The notes under the pieces are model-generated. The model saw only the letters and a program-made list of their open reading frames with translations. It was not told the origin of the DNA and did no database searches. Both the position numbers and the translations under genes were made by a program. A stretch of DNA of 64,000 bases from contig BROI01000004.1 of NCBI GenBank assembly GCA_027923505.1, forward strand, positions 930,001-994,000, read 5' to 3'. Source of the DNA: Mayamaea pseudoterrestris (Eukaryota). Positions 1 through 12,295 of the stretch are shown piece by piece (within the stretch, counting starts at the first letter, position 1; each line of letters starts with the position of its first letter).

Positions 1-248
1 TCGCGAGGGACGCGTCGCGACGGAGCTTTTGTTTCTCCGATTCCTTCATGCAACGCTGCAAGCAAGGTTCCACATTCCGCCGCTATTTCCATGGAGGATG
101 ACGTGGCCGGAGAAATAGATGCGCGCGGGGCCGTCACCCCATCCTCATCGGTTCGAATTCGCCAAGAGCTTCTTTGTTCGATGCTTGCTTCTTGTCACAT
201 TTAAAACTGCATCCGTTCTGCAACTATTGCACTACCTTAGTTACCGAC

Positions 249-1445
249 ATGGAAGCCATTCACCTTTCATCCGACTATCGCACCGACAAGCTCGCTATGA
301 GCAAGCAACGAGACGATTCATCATCAACGACTCCGACATCCGCAATCGACGATTCATCCACGTCCATCTCATCGTCACGCACACCTTTGCCTACAACAAC
401 AAGGTCGCTTCCCAATCAGTTGGAGTCAGCCTTGTCAAACAAAACTATACGCAAGCGCAGCGTAAGCCCTTTACCTCCTCGATCTCCTCCAAGAATAGCC
501 ACCACCGCGACGAGAGAGCAAATTCCAGTCCAAGATCCATTGGAGATCAGCACCGTGGAAGAATTGTCAAATGTTTTGACACGCTACCACCGCAAGTTCG
601 GCAAGCATTCGGTTCAAGTAGCCCATGTTCATAATTTGATTGGCAATGCATACTTTCGTCAAGGTCAGTATGAAGCGGCGCTGGATGCCTACAAGCGAGC
701 CGTGCAGTGCACTCCAGGCGAACCTCTCGGAGACTCGTATGCAAACATTGGAACTGTGTACTGGACCATTGGTCAAGTGGACAATGCCATTGACTTTTTG
801 AAGCGGGCACATGATGTGCACGAGTTTACGGCGGTGGCAAACAGTCAGAATCCAAAAGAGTCACTGCTAATTGCCACGGTAGCTTACCAGCTCGGCATTG
901 CTTACACGCTCAAGACAAACTATCGCAAGGCACTCAAACACTTTGCCGTTTGTCAGGATATTCGTGAGCGAGTGTTGCCGGCGAATCATATTGACATTGC
1001 TCGCGTCATGGATGCCACTGGCAAGGTCTATGGCTTGCGCAAGCGTCCGGGCGATTTGGAGACGGCGCTCAAATATCACGAGGAAGCCTTTCACGTCAAG
1101 CATAGCCTCCCGAAACGCAAGCGCGATGCAGCCATGCTAGTCACGACCTTACAGTCCATTGCGGCCTTGCACTTGCAGCTTGCCGACTGGGAATCTGCCA
1201 CGTACTCGCACCAGCTTTTGCTCAAGATGCAAAAGAAGTTGCTGCAGAGTAACAAGAGGCGCAGCAATAATCATGACGATTCGCTTCGCAGTGACATTCG
1301 CAGTGACATTCGCGATACATACATTACGCTGTGGCGGCTCTATCAGACGATTCAAGACTTCGAGCAAGCCAAGTGTATACGTCGAGAAGCCTGCCTTTAC
1401 TTTAAGGATGATTTCAAGTGCGACAGCTGGTCTGACAATGAATAA
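249..1445 (+). CDS. Tetratricopeptide-repeat (TPR) protein
   Basis: Intronless ORF from ATG 249. Ser/Pro-rich N-terminus followed by several TPR-like units (VHNLIGNAYFRQGQYEAALDAYKRAV, SYANIGTVYWTIGQVDNAIDFLKRA). Confidence 0.8.
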   Translation: MEAIHLSSDYRTDKLAMSKQRDDSSSTTPTSAIDDSSTSISSSRTPLPTTTRSLPNQLESALSNKTIRKRSVSPLPPRSPPRIATTATREQIPVQDPLEISTVEELSNVLTRYHRKFGKHSVQVAHVHNLIGNAYFRQGQYEAALDAYKRAVQCTPGEPLGDSYANIGTVYWTIGQVDNAIDFLKRAHDVHEFTAVANSQNPKESLLIATVAYQLGIAYTLKTNYRKALKHFAVCQDIRERVLPANHIDIARVMDATGKVYGLRKRPGDLETALKYHEEAFHVKHSLPKRKRDAAMLVTTLQSIAALHLQLADWESATYSHQLLLKMQKKLLQSNKRRSNNHDDSLRSDIRSDIRDTYITLWRLYQTIQDFEQAKCIRREACLYFKDDFKCDSWSDNE

Positions 1446-1501
1446 TTGTGTTAAAACCATATCTCAAGGATAATTTATAAACATTTTTTTACACCTAAAA
1501 T

Positions 1502-3259
1502 TTACTCTTCATACTTGTCGTCGCCCTCCTCCTCTTCATTTTCTATTTGATATTCCATTGCCACGTCCCAACGCGAACTGGGCGCTTTTGCGCTTAAATA
1601 CTTGACAAACCGCAATGTTCCAGGATCTCGATAGACGATTGAAAGGGTATTAAAGCCAGCCGACACACTGAGAAGCTCCGTGTCATCGTCCTGGTTATAC
1701 TCATCAGCTGGAGTAGATCCTTGCCCATTCTCGTCCTCGTCATCTTCCGCTTCAATGTAACACTCAAATCCTCCCACGTCGCCCGATTGCCACGCCACAT
1801 CCGCTTCATCCAGCGGTGCACTTGTTTTCTTCACAGTGTCATTCTCATCACTCTCATCATTGTCGTCCATGACTTGCTGCTTGCCCGACCCAGCGACAAA
1901 GCATAGAGTCACATCCAGAACGGCCGATTCGGTGAGCAGACCATGGTGCGCCACAGTGTAGTCGAGCCCCGGCCGAAAACGACGAATATGCCCCTTGCAG
2001 GCAGTAGGACGCAAGCCAGTGAGAATGGAAAGGAACCTAGCAAAGGGTTTCGACTGAAGTAAATCGCGACGAATGTTATACAAGTTGTCGCCCAGTGTAT
2101 CGTTCTTCATAGCAGCAGTTGCGCTGCTACCTTCTCGGTCGTCAACAACTCGATGATACTCGAGAAATCGCTGCATATGCGTGGGACCAGTCATACTCCA
2201 GTTCTTGTCAACTCCTTGCTCGTAGTAATTAGCGTCCGTTGTCTTAAGTTTCGTCTCCTGCAAGTCAATCTTAAGAATCATCGCATCGTTCAGAAAGGAT
2301 CGTAGCTGAATGCTGGAATCTTCGGAAAAGGATGCTCGCATTTCCTTTAATGCTTTTGGTTGCAAATAAGTCGAGTCCATGAATTGAGCTAAGTGCAAAC
2401 GGTCGCTTTCGGAGAGTGCGGCATCATCGTTTTCAATGCCCACATTGTCAATCTCCAATGGTTCATAAGTTGACGATTGCGACAAGTCTGCTTCACCTTT
2501 TAGTCTCTGCAAAGTAGCATCATGTATATTGTCTGGAGGATCATTGGCATGGTACCATCCCTGCAGGCTCAATCTTGGACGATCTCCTAGGACTTCCTGT
2601 ACCGAGTGAAAGCTTACACCCGGTTCAACCGCAAAAAAGGCCATGCTATTGCGCGTCGGAAGCAGTAGTTTGCTTGGCACCATTGTCGGAAGACCATCAT
2701 TGTCGGCACTATATAGTTCCAATGCTCCTCCCTCTTCCAGCTTCCAATCAACATCCGTCAAGTATAATATGTAGCTGATTCTTCGCGTATGAATCACATC
2801 GTCGTGACAAAGCAAGTGACAGCCTGAAATGTGGCAGTTGCAAGCGCAGTCCACTTGCTGATTTAATGTATTTGGAGGTAGTCCAGATACTTGTTCGATA
2901 AAGTGCCGCCAGTCATTGCTATACAAGACTTGCCGCAGCTGAAGGACGCATGGCATGTGTGTGGACGAATTCTCGTCAAGGTTGGCCAAGTCAATGCTTT
3001 GATAAAACTTGAATAGATCAGACTCTTTGAAATTCACTTTGGAGTTTTGCTTTATTTCCTGTATCAGATCATTTATGAAGGACTCTTGAAAGACGTTTGG
3101 TAGGATGCAGTGAGGAAAAGGTTGCGCCAAAGCGTATTGTTCCGTGAAGGCCTGGCGGTCGTCCAGAATATGGCTAGAGACAACATCCTTTAGCAAAACT
3201 TCAATTTTGGAGCGCTTGGCTTTTGGATCTGATGCATTATTCCCATCCTCCGTCGTCAT
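1502..3259 (-). CDS. OGFOD1/TPA1-like 2OG-Fe(II) prolyl hydroxylase
   Basis: HLLCHDD iron motif, ISYILYL, GGALELY, SFHSVQEV..RLSLQGWY, then a degenerate second dioxygenase domain (RRFRPGLDYTVA, LSIVYRDPGTLRFVKYLS) as in Tpa1/Ofd1. Confidence 0.88.
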   Translation of the reverse strand: MTTEDGNNASDPKAKRSKIEVLLKDVVSSHILDDRQAFTEQYALAQPFPHCILPNVFQESFINDLIQEIKQNSKVNFKESDLFKFYQSIDLANLDENSSTHMPCVLQLRQVLYSNDWRHFIEQVSGLPPNTLNQQVDCACNCHISGCHLLCHDDVIHTRRISYILYLTDVDWKLEEGGALELYSADNDGLPTMVPSKLLLPTRNSMAFFAVEPGVSFHSVQEVLGDRPRLSLQGWYHANDPPDNIHDATLQRLKGEADLSQSSTYEPLEIDNVGIENDDAALSESDRLHLAQFMDSTYLQPKALKEMRASFSEDSSIQLRSFLNDAMILKIDLQETKLKTTDANYYEQGVDKNWSMTGPTHMQRFLEYHRVVDDREGSSATAAMKNDTLGDNLYNIRRDLLQSKPFARFLSILTGLRPTACKGHIRRFRPGLDYTVAHHGLLTESAVLDVTLCFVAGSGKQQVMDDNDESDENDTVKKTSAPLDEADVAWQSGDVGGFECYIEAEDDEDENGQGSTPADEYNQDDDTELLSVSAGFNTLSIVYRDPGTLRFVKYLSAKAPSSRWDVAMEYQIENEEEEGDDKYEE

Positions 3260-3575
3260 ATTGGTCGCTAATAGTTTCAAGAAGGATGGTTTGACAAACA
3301 GCAGAGGTGGGCTGTGATCTGTGATGGGCAGATTCTTCTTCGACGAGTCGGCGTTCCATTTTTGTTTGGATGAACGCGGCGCGATCAGGTTATGCTGCTT
3401 CGCGTATTAGCTACTTTACAATTCCCTTCTAGGAAACCGGCACCCCTCCACGTACACTGTTTTAAAACACATACAGTTCTACTGATGTGGTCTATTGATT
3501 ACGCTCTCTCTAAATTTTAACTAAAATGTGTGTGGCTTTTTCGCAGCATTGTGACGACGTGGAGCTTGTTTTAAC

Positions 3576-4829
3576 CTAGCTTGGCCCAATCATGTTCCAA
3601 AAGTTGGTCGTGTCCGACTCTGGCAGCTCGCAGGGATACAAGTACAGAAACTCTCCCTGCCGCGGATGATGTTGCTGTGTCACGCAATCGTTTGGGTATG
3701 GCTGGGCGCGCAACTCGAAGCGGTTGTTAAATTCAGCCACTCCATTCACTCCTCTCCAGTTTTGACTGGGATTGGACAAGTCACATGGCTCCACTGTCAC
3801 GCGCGCAAACCCATTGGCCTGCATGCAAAGGTCGGCATCTCGAAGTCGCAGTGAAAAGCTACCATCTGCCAAGTTCAAGTATTCCCAGTTGGTGGTCATG
3901 TCAGCGTCGCAATTCGTAACGTAGATGCCGCGACCGGACGCGCACTCTTGCTGGCTCGAGTCGCATCTCATGCACCTGACAATATATAAAAGGGTTAGAG
4001 AAAAGTTAGCAATGTCATCATACCCTTTCATCATTGACGTTCGGCAGCAATAGGTCAAATCCTTTTTCTCGTCAATGGCGACCTACCATTTTCTTTCAAA
4101 CGTTTCCTGCTGCCAGCGGTAACCTTCTTGCCAATACATTTTCAAAACGAATGGATCTGACACCGTGTAGTCAGCCTGGTTATTGTCGTCCATAATGTTG
4201 TCGTCGGCGTCGTCGGTCGTGTCGTCATTGGTGGCAGGAGGACCATCGTCGCCATCAACGTCATCGTTATTATAATAGTCGTCCGCTTCACCGACAGTGT
4301 CGCCGCTTGCACTACTGTATGAGGTGGAAATATAGTAGGTAACCGGCTTGTCTTCCTCCGCATAGTAATCCGGCAATGGTGCTTCCGTCGGTGCTTGTGT
4401 ATCCACGGAAACAACATTTACATTTACAGAAACAACGGCATTTGGGTCAACGCAGTAGTCGTAACCATACACGTCTTCTGTTCCACTGCATCCTGGCACT
4501 GGATCACCGGCGTTTCGCTGGAAGCAAATTAAGCCAGGCATGCATTCGGCGTCAAAGTCACAGTCGGCTTGGCACTCTTCAAGTGGAAAAACTCCGCCCT
4601 GGCCATTGTTGCCCATGTACGCAAGCACTGGTAGGGAAGCAACATTTGTAGTTGTAGATGCTGCAGCTGCAGCTGCAAATGTAGTCTGCAAAGATCGATG
4701 GCTATGGTCGTCCTGTCGTTGCAACGAAGAGGTGCGTGACGATGAAGGCGACGAAAGGAGCATCAAGACACCAGCCAAGGCAGCAAGGACACAGCCAAAT
4801 GCTAGAGCGACGACAGACGGACTTCTCAT
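3576..4829 (-). CDS. Frustulin-like cell-wall glycoprotein (acidic Cys-rich repeat plus Trp-rich/ricin-like C-terminal domain), 2 exons
   Basis: Hydrophobic N-terminus. ECQADCD..C..GLICFQR..PVPGC..DYC matches the frustulin ACR pattern. A GT-AG intron (4086-3976) joins LKMYWQEGYRWQQETFERKW to CMRC. Confidence 0.7.
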
Positions 4830-5205
4830 CGTGATTTTCCCTTATATGGTCTGATATAGTAAAAGGTTGGAGAAGGATTTGTGACGTGAAGAGTTGCCAA
4901 TTATTTTTAGAGATGCACACTGCGTTTCGCAGGTTCGATGTGTGCCGGCAAGCCAGCTGTCAACCGTCGCATGGTGCTCTAAGTAATTGAGCCAACGTCG
5001 ATTGTGCCGGTATCCGTGGGTTGCTTGTACCAATCAAAACGCTTTTTGAGTCACGGTTGTTTCTGTTGCAACTCATTTTTGAATTTGAATACGCGGGGCG
5101 GCACGCATTCTGCCACATTGCTTGTTGTTTCAGCAGTCTATTCGGGTCCATCCATTGGCTGATATCGCATCCATCCACTTGTTCCATTTCTCTCTCATTT
5201 TGACC

Positions 5206-6273
5206 ATGGCAAACACCACCAAAATCTTGATTGAAAAAGCTACAGCTCGCGTCTTTTGCCAGCAGCACGGTGCAGGCGGCAATCCCGTTACCATTTTTTC
5301 CAGTGCAACTGCAAAGCATGCTCTTTCATCAACGACCCAACAAACTCTGGCGCAAACGTGCGAGTGGGAATCTGTCATGCTTGATCGTCATCGACAAAGC
5401 ATGAACTTCTACATGCCAACGGGAGAAGAAGTTTCCTTTTGTGCGCATGCCGCTATGGGCGGCGCAGGTCGCATGATGCAGCAAATAAAATCTGCGCAAA
5501 GTGGTGACACGACAAGTACTGCCACAGGACATCGAGCATCGTCGCTGTCGTTTAGTGCCGAGTTGCAACCCAATCAACCCTACAAGGCATTTCTACACGA
5601 TCATGGTATTGTTTCGCTCGACATGGAGGTACCATTCATTGAGCAAAAGCTTCAGCACCCGCCGCAACTGCAGCGCATTCTTCGCGATGCCTTCCATCTT
5701 CAAGCACCAAACTTGCAGCAGCTTCGTTCCATTGCCGACAACTTTCAGTTTCCAACCTTTGTTAATGCATCCGTTGCTCGATTAAAGACGTTGGTCTATG
5801 TCAATGATCTTGATGTGTTACATGCAATTAAAGCACCGCCCGTGGGTGATGCCTTTCGCAACGCCTGCGACGCAGTAGAAAGCACTGGATTATATTTGTA
5901 TTCGCCGCTACAAGACAATGATCAAGACGAAGAAGGTGAATGTGTATTCGAATGTCGGCAATTTCCTCGAGCGTCAGGCTATCCCGAAGATCCAGCCACA
6001 GGAATTGCGGCGGCAGCCCTCGCTGTGAGTCTATATGAACGTGGAATGAAAAGGCCGTTTTACAAGTTTCATCAAGGCACTGCCATGAGTCAGCCGAGTT
6101 TGATCATGGTGGAAAACATCAGCAGAGTCGAGATGGAGTGCGGTCATACTAATGAGCAGACTGTAAATGCGAATGATTTGGACAATGTTGTTGAAACGAA
6201 ATTTCGATTCCGACTGACTGGCAAGGTTGAGTATGACAGTCGAGAAGAGATTGAGGTAGTGCTGGAGGAATAA
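5206..6273 (+). CDS. PhzF/PhzC-like (diaminopimelate-epimerase fold) protein
   Basis: Family motifs GGNP, EVSFCAHA, RQF and EDPATGIAAAAL, plus HQG..M..PS near the C-terminus. Confidence 0.85.
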   Translation: MANTTKILIEKATARVFCQQHGAGGNPVTIFSSATAKHALSSTTQQTLAQTCEWESVMLDRHRQSMNFYMPTGEEVSFCAHAAMGGAGRMMQQIKSAQSGDTTSTATGHRASSLSFSAELQPNQPYKAFLHDHGIVSLDMEVPFIEQKLQHPPQLQRILRDAFHLQAPNLQQLRSIADNFQFPTFVNASVARLKTLVYVNDLDVLHAIKAPPVGDAFRNACDAVESTGLYLYSPLQDNDQDEEGECVFECRQFPRASGYPEDPATGIAAAALAVSLYERGMKRPFYKFHQGTAMSQPSLIMVENISRVEMECGHTNEQTVNANDLDNVVETKFRFRLTGKVEYDSREEIEVVLEE

Positions 6274-6959
6274 GTGAGTCGTCATGCTCAATATCTTGTG
6301 CAACGTTTCTTGGCTCATCCCTTCTTTACTGGCAGCTCGGCGATTGAAATTCTCCATTGGCAAATGTTATGGACGCCAAAAGCTTAAGTTCCTGCCTATT
6401 TATATCAAACGAATCTATTTGTATCATTGTAGTAGTAACATTTTTACTTTTTACCGGCAGTTGTCTCTTGATCCCAAGGAAAGCGGCCAATGACGGAGAT
6501 TGGCGCAGGAAGGTGATCGGTTACATTCAAACCTCCATCCCTGGCTTCATAAGCATCCTTCTTGATGCTAGTCTCTTTATCAGTACGTTAAGGGTATCTG
6601 TCTTTCCCTAAAGGTACTGTACGTTCCTCCGATCATTGCGACAATCGCGTTGAACGTCGCCACGAGCAAGTAAATACGTAAGTGATCCAAAAGACTTGCA
6701 GTTCTTGACCTTTAACCCTAACTGTAAGTCATTTCGGCTGCGACGGCCGACGGACAGACAATTGGCGAACCGCATCGCAGCGTCACCATGACGAGCGAGG
6801 AGTCGGAAGCTGCCGCTCGCTGCACCATCAGACCAACCTCTCCTATAGTCTTTGAAGCAGCGAGAGAGAAAGAGTTACAAATACAGTAGTTATAGCCGTC
6901 AATTTTTGAATAATAGACCACCAAAACACACAATCACTCCACACAAGCAGCACTAACAA

Positions 6960-8231
6960 ATGAGTTTCATTTTGGATGGACTCAAGTCACTGGCCGGCTC
7001 GGCCGGCACGGTCATCGCCGACACTGGTTTCAAGGGCAAACTCCGCGCCGACATGCTGCTCATTGACCGCGACATGAGAGCCCGCAAGGCAAAGTTTGGC
7101 GTTGAGTTGTACGATTTCGTGGCTCCCTTGGCGGCTCGGCCAGACTTTTTTGCCGCAAACGATCGCATGACGGAAACGATTCGGGGTCCCTTTCTGGCGG
7201 CGCAGCGAGAGATTGCAGCCTTGGCCATTAAAAGAACCAAGATTAAGGAAAAGGCGGCGCAAGCGGAGATTGTCAAAAAGTCGGCCTTTCCAACGCCGGC
7301 GGAAACAATCGCTGGACAAGTCTTGAACGCTGGCAAGGCGGTTGGATATGCCGGCAAGGATGCGGCCATTGCGACGGAGCTCAGCATGTGCGACTCGCGG
7401 ATCAAGAATGAGAAACAAGAGTTTGGTATTGCGTTCTTTGATGTGTTGGTGCAACTAGAAGACAGTGAAGGGTGGTTGCCGACGGTGCGAGACATTCGAA
7501 CCATGTACGATCAGGTGCGACGAGATTTGGAAAAGCTGGAAGCGGCCAAGGTGGAAAAGCAAAAGGAGATTTTAGCTGTTGGCGGATCCAACGATGACAT
7601 GCCTCCGACGTCAGTGCAGCCAAAGGCTCCTATTGTGCCACTGCCGCATCAAAATGGCACGCCAAGAGTGACTGATCCATTTGCGAATGAAGGACCGATT
7701 GATCCTTGGGCCAATGCCAGTTCGAGTTCGAATCGCAGCAGCAACGTTCCCGTACAAACTGTGGCGGCGCCAGTGTCGGCTCCGTGTCCGCTCGCTCCGC
7801 AAATGTCGGTGGAGAAGCTTGCCATGTCGGCAGCTGGAAGGGTCACGCCGGGCGTTGCAGGGTTTGTCATGTCGGCAGCGGCAAGGGCACCGGCTGCTCC
7901 ATCGACTGGCTTGTTTAGCTATCCGACAGACAATGGTTCGACGAGCAATAACATTGGGTACGGATCGAGTGGCTACGCTCCTCCGCGAGTGGCCGCTCCA
8001 GTGCTACCAGCTCACACCCAATCAGCCTTTGCGGATCCCTTCGCTGTTGCGACTACTGCTATATCTGCGACACCATTTGCAACACCAAGTTACGATCCGT
8101 TTGCCGCCCCAGCCACACATATGCAATACACACCAGCATGGGATCCGTTCGCAGGATCTGCTCCAGCCAATGCACCACCCGCGGCGCAGCCACCAAGCAG
8201 TGTGGAGTATGATCCGTTTGCCGGTCTCTAG
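6960..8231 (+). CDS. Hypothetical protein: coiled-coil N-half and Pro/Ala-rich tail with DPF/DPW motifs
   Basis: 423-aa intronless ORF. The tail carries DPF five times and DPW once. Confidence 0.7.
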   Translation: MSFILDGLKSLAGSAGTVIADTGFKGKLRADMLLIDRDMRARKAKFGVELYDFVAPLAARPDFFAANDRMTETIRGPFLAAQREIAALAIKRTKIKEKAAQAEIVKKSAFPTPAETIAGQVLNAGKAVGYAGKDAAIATELSMCDSRIKNEKQEFGIAFFDVLVQLEDSEGWLPTVRDIRTMYDQVRRDLEKLEAAKVEKQKEILAVGGSNDDMPPTSVQPKAPIVPLPHQNGTPRVTDPFANEGPIDPWANASSSSNRSSNVPVQTVAAPVSAPCPLAPQMSVEKLAMSAAGRVTPGVAGFVMSAAARAPAAPSTGLFSYPTDNGSTSNNIGYGSSGYAPPRVAAPVLPAHTQSAFADPFAVATTAISATPFATPSYDPFAAPATHMQYTPAWDPFAGSAPANAPPAAQPPSSVEYDPFAGL

Positions 8232-8775
8232 TTGCATTACTAGTGTAAGCGAATAGACAGGTATTTATAGATTCTTGGTTTGGGAAACATCCTGGTTAAG
8301 TTCAGGTTTCTTCACACTTAACAACGTTGAACTTTGGCAGTTAGTGACAGTAATCCAGTGGTTTTTCGGTGTCCATGGACAACCTGCTTTACATAGTCCA
8401 TTATATTCTATTCAAGCCGCTCAATTTTCTGGGAGCGTTGCTAACTAAGACCACCGTACGGTATATAGCTAATATCATGCCAAGGTTACCAATCATGGCG
8501 CGCCAGGATGACAGAAACGGTGCGACTTCTGTTTCTCTGGTGATTTTTCGCTTTGCCGTCAACCATCAACCATAATATGAATGCTCCATAGTTTGTGGCT
8601 TTGTTTGCTTACAAGAGAGAGAACGATTTTGCAGCAGCAAGAATACTTGAGAGTTGCAAAAGTGTCTACGTAGCTATTCACTGAAGCCCGAATTTGCGCT
8701 TGCTTCATCCCACTCGTTCATCGGCCGTCGACCATCGATCCCTTTCTTGACGCATTTACTGAAACTGGCATCACC

Positions 8776-9576
8776 ATGGAAACTGCAATTGAAACTCCGG
8801 AAGTGATGAAAGCTCCGCCATCAAGAATAACGTGGAATGAACCTCGTGAACTGCGCTATGCTGTCGAGGAAGCTCCTGCGTCTTTGGGTCCCACAATAAG
8901 TGCCTGTTGTTTTCATTGCAAGGGGACGACACTAGTTTCAGACAATGAGGCGAATGCCACATTGCCGCTACTGGCTTGCTCCAAGTGCCAAGTCGCTCGC
9001 TACTGTCAAAAGGAATGTCAGGTACTCGACTGGAAAAAGTCACCCGGCGGCCACAAGCAAACTTGTCACTTGTACCAGCGTGTCGGTCCCAACATGCTCA
9101 TTTCTAACGCACAAGATCAGGAGGAAGCTCGAAACCTTATTTTTGCGAGAATTCGCTTCTATGCATGCCCCTATGCCGTTAACAAAACCAGAACGTTGGG
9201 TCGGGGCTTTTTGATGGTGCAGAGCTCGGGCTCGTTGGCACTCATGTCCCTACTTGGGACGCGGCTCGACTCGCTTGGAAGGCCAACACCCATGAGATCC
9301 GTCCTGCTGCACTTTTTGACCATGGGAGAATATGATCGCGACGTGTGTCGGGACGACTTTGAAATGACCATTGTTCGAAGCGAGCTGCAGGAAGCAGTCA
9401 ATGAATACGATGAGGAGACGCAAGTCGTACTGTTGATGAAGTTTCGATGTGGGCATTTGGTTGTTGGAGTCGCTCCTTTGGTGCCAGACTATGGAATTTG
9501 CACAAAACTGGGCATGGACTATTTTGCGAGCAACGAGTCGGAAGCGGCGCTGCAATTAAACTTGGATGACATGTAG
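8776..9576 (+). CDS. MYND zinc-finger protein
   Basis: CFHC..CSKCQVARYCQKECQVLDW..HKQTC. Confidence 0.85.
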   Translation: METAIETPEVMKAPPSRITWNEPRELRYAVEEAPASLGPTISACCFHCKGTTLVSDNEANATLPLLACSKCQVARYCQKECQVLDWKKSPGGHKQTCHLYQRVGPNMLISNAQDQEEARNLIFARIRFYACPYAVNKTRTLGRGFLMVQSSGSLALMSLLGTRLDSLGRPTPMRSVLLHFLTMGEYDRDVCRDDFEMTIVRSELQEAVNEYDEETQVVLLMKFRCGHLVVGVAPLVPDYGICTKLGMDYFASNESEAALQLNLDDM

Positions 9577-9806
9577 TGCACAAACGACTCTTGACGAGAT
9601 CTTTTGACGGTTTAGCATAATTGAAATTAAACTGTCGTTCATGCATGCGCTTCCAAGTGCTGGTACTATAGCATATATATTGTGATTGACAGCGACAAGG
9701 TGAAGGCTATCGTAAATGAAGACTATTTTTGACTTGTATAGGAGATGCACAGCTTGCATTGTCAAGGTCAGTCTAGGCACTGTTATTTGATAGATGCAAG
9801 TAGCAA

Positions 9807-11608
9807 TCAAGGTTTGAGGTTCTCGAACAACTCTTGTGGGCATTCTCTTAAGAAACTCTCCAATGACTCGCCTGTAAGCCCATCTCCGTCAATTGGAGTA
9901 AAATTGCCGGAGCCATTCAAATCTGCGGGAGCAGTCTGGTGAGTCAAGCCGTTTTCAACATCCGTCAGGGTACTTATTTCCCACGAAGCCTCATGGTCGA
10001 TGGGCAGGGGCATGTCGTCCTCCTGGCCAATCTTGACGTGGCTCTCAAGCCCAAAGAGCTGCTGGTTAGTTTGTGTGGAGTCAGTACTTCGTTGTGGCAC
10101 TGGCTTTCCGCCCCTGCGATCATTGGGAGTGCCATGCGGCGTATAAAACCCTTCTCCCGCGGAAAGTCGCGAGTGAGACGGCTCCAAGCGCGGAAACAGT
10201 TGATCGTCGTCATTACTGCGAATCTGTCCAACGCGCTCCTCGTCTTCGCTGTCATTAATCTCTTCGGCATTTTCTGCCGTCGAACCTACAAGCGTGGTGG
10301 GGCTTTGACGGAAGGGACGCGCACTTGCAGTCGGACATGGCGTCGTGATAGGTGTCGGATGGTACTGAATGACGGGAACGTAGGCGATGCTTGCATTCAA
10401 GCTGGGTGTATAGGGAACCTGCATCGGCAATTGGCCGTGATGCGCAGGCAACGTCGTAGAGACCGATGAAATCACAGTTTCGCCCGCGGAGCAAGCAAGC
10501 TGTGGCTGAGAGCAATGATGGTAGCTACCCACTGTATAGTGTGGAACGGGCATGGGCACATGCTGCTGCACCTGCCAGACATTCGTGGGCAATGTAGGCC
10601 TAGCGATCATTAAGCCAGGAGTGCTGTAGTATTGTTGCAGAGTCGGCTCAAATGGCTGGCGATGTATGGTAACAAAAGCGTGCTCTTGCACTGTAGTGGG
10701 CAAGGAATATGATCGTAAAGCTCTCGCTTTGCGCTTCTGCCGAGGAGAAGGTTGAGAAATCCATGCGGGTGGTGATGGATGACTATGCTGAGCACTGTCG
10801 CGCTTCATAGTCAATGAAGAGTTTAAAGATTGCTGACTCAAACTTGCCACTGGTAATAAAACATCTTCAACACCGCACATCCATTTTAAAAGCGAGGTTG
10901 CTCCTTCCTGCTTTACCTGCGAGTAGATGGAAGGATGTGCACAAATTGGATGACGAGTCAAATACATGTTACTTTCATTCTCTGAATAGGCCTCACTATC
11001 AAGCCTCTTTTGTCGATATCGGTACACACCTTTTTCGAGCTGCCTATTGACGCCATTGATCCTTCGTCAAGCTGATCGGCGTCATTTGTCAAATCCACAA
11101 CCGCAGCACTTTCATTATATAGACTATCGCGAAGTGCTTGAAGCGTCTTCTCCGTCGCCTTGTTGTCGCCAACGTCAACGTAGCGGCCAGATGCGTCGTC
11201 CTTGACCAAGAAGCGTCCCTTTATGGAGCGTACGGCAAATACAATTGATTTTGCAATGGTAACCTTTTGACAGTTGTGACTACAAGCGTACAATTCCTGC
11301 AATGTAATATAGAAATGTCATGTGAGACGCTTGCGTACAAAAGGCTTCGGATGCTCAAAAGTAACAATTCCGAAGTTTGCATTTATCATTGTTTTACGCC
11401 TTACCTTGTTCATTGCAACGAGAGCCTTGAATCTTTTGTTTCCAGGATGATTGTTATGTATGACTGCAAAGCATTCGTCGTTGAGTGTATGATGAAGAGG
11501 AATGTTGCGTGAGGTTCGACGAATTGGTGTGCAACGATGCAACTCAAAACTCCATCACTTACCGCCTCGACCAAGCATCACATCGTGAACTTGTGGCTCA
11601 ACTATCAT
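9807..11608 (-). CDS. DUF6824-domain protein (diatom-expanded family), about 4 exons
   Basis: Splicing GT-AG introns gives HDVMLGRG/VIHNNHPGNKRFKALV..KVTIAKSIVFAVRSIKGRFL..VGDNKATEKTLQALRD, followed by a long low-complexity exon (10916-9807). Confidence 0.75.
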
Positions 11609-12295
11609 GGCCTGCTGTATGAATGCATTCAAAGGCATGGACGGGATGCCAGTGATCATGGTGCAGCTACGATTTCAATGGACAATGGATGGCGCAATGC
11701 TTCTTCGGCGGAGTGTGAGTCTGCAAGCAGTTTTAACGCCAACATCTTGGCGTGCCTCCAGTCATTGCTGCCTTGTGAGACTGCATTGACACGACTGAAT
11801 TCTATTATTTTATTGCCCCCACGATACAATTCCAAACACTTTCGCACAGGGTTATGTATCTTGAAAATAGCCTTCTTGAAATGCCTGCTTTAAGAATAGC
11901 CAGCTAAACTGGTACTGCCATTTGAGTAACTTTGCCGTCATTAACAACGCCAAGAGTCATCAGTCGTGCAGATGAGTCATGCTCCGTTCGAACAAGATGA
12001 CGCGCTGCCGCTCAAAGGAAAATGACTTGCATCAAGCTTCGAAAGACCGAACGTTTGATCGCTCTGGTTGCACTACAAACACGAGGGGAGAGTAGCTTGC
12101 CGGTTATCAAGGTCTTTATACTTAAAAGGAGGAATTTGGATTGAGATTCGATATTGGAGCAAGCTGCACCGAAACTTGTTATCTCGCGCTTTTCGCTCAG
12201 CAACCACCACCCACCACAGCAGTCGACAGTCATTATCAACAGCTGCTTCTCCCTCGCATCTATCTCCCGTCACATATTACATCACGCACCTAACA

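Noticed and set aside
1286..1314. 12-bp tandem duplication (ttcgcagtgaca)
   Set aside because: An in-frame coding micro-duplication (RSDI twice); ordinary.
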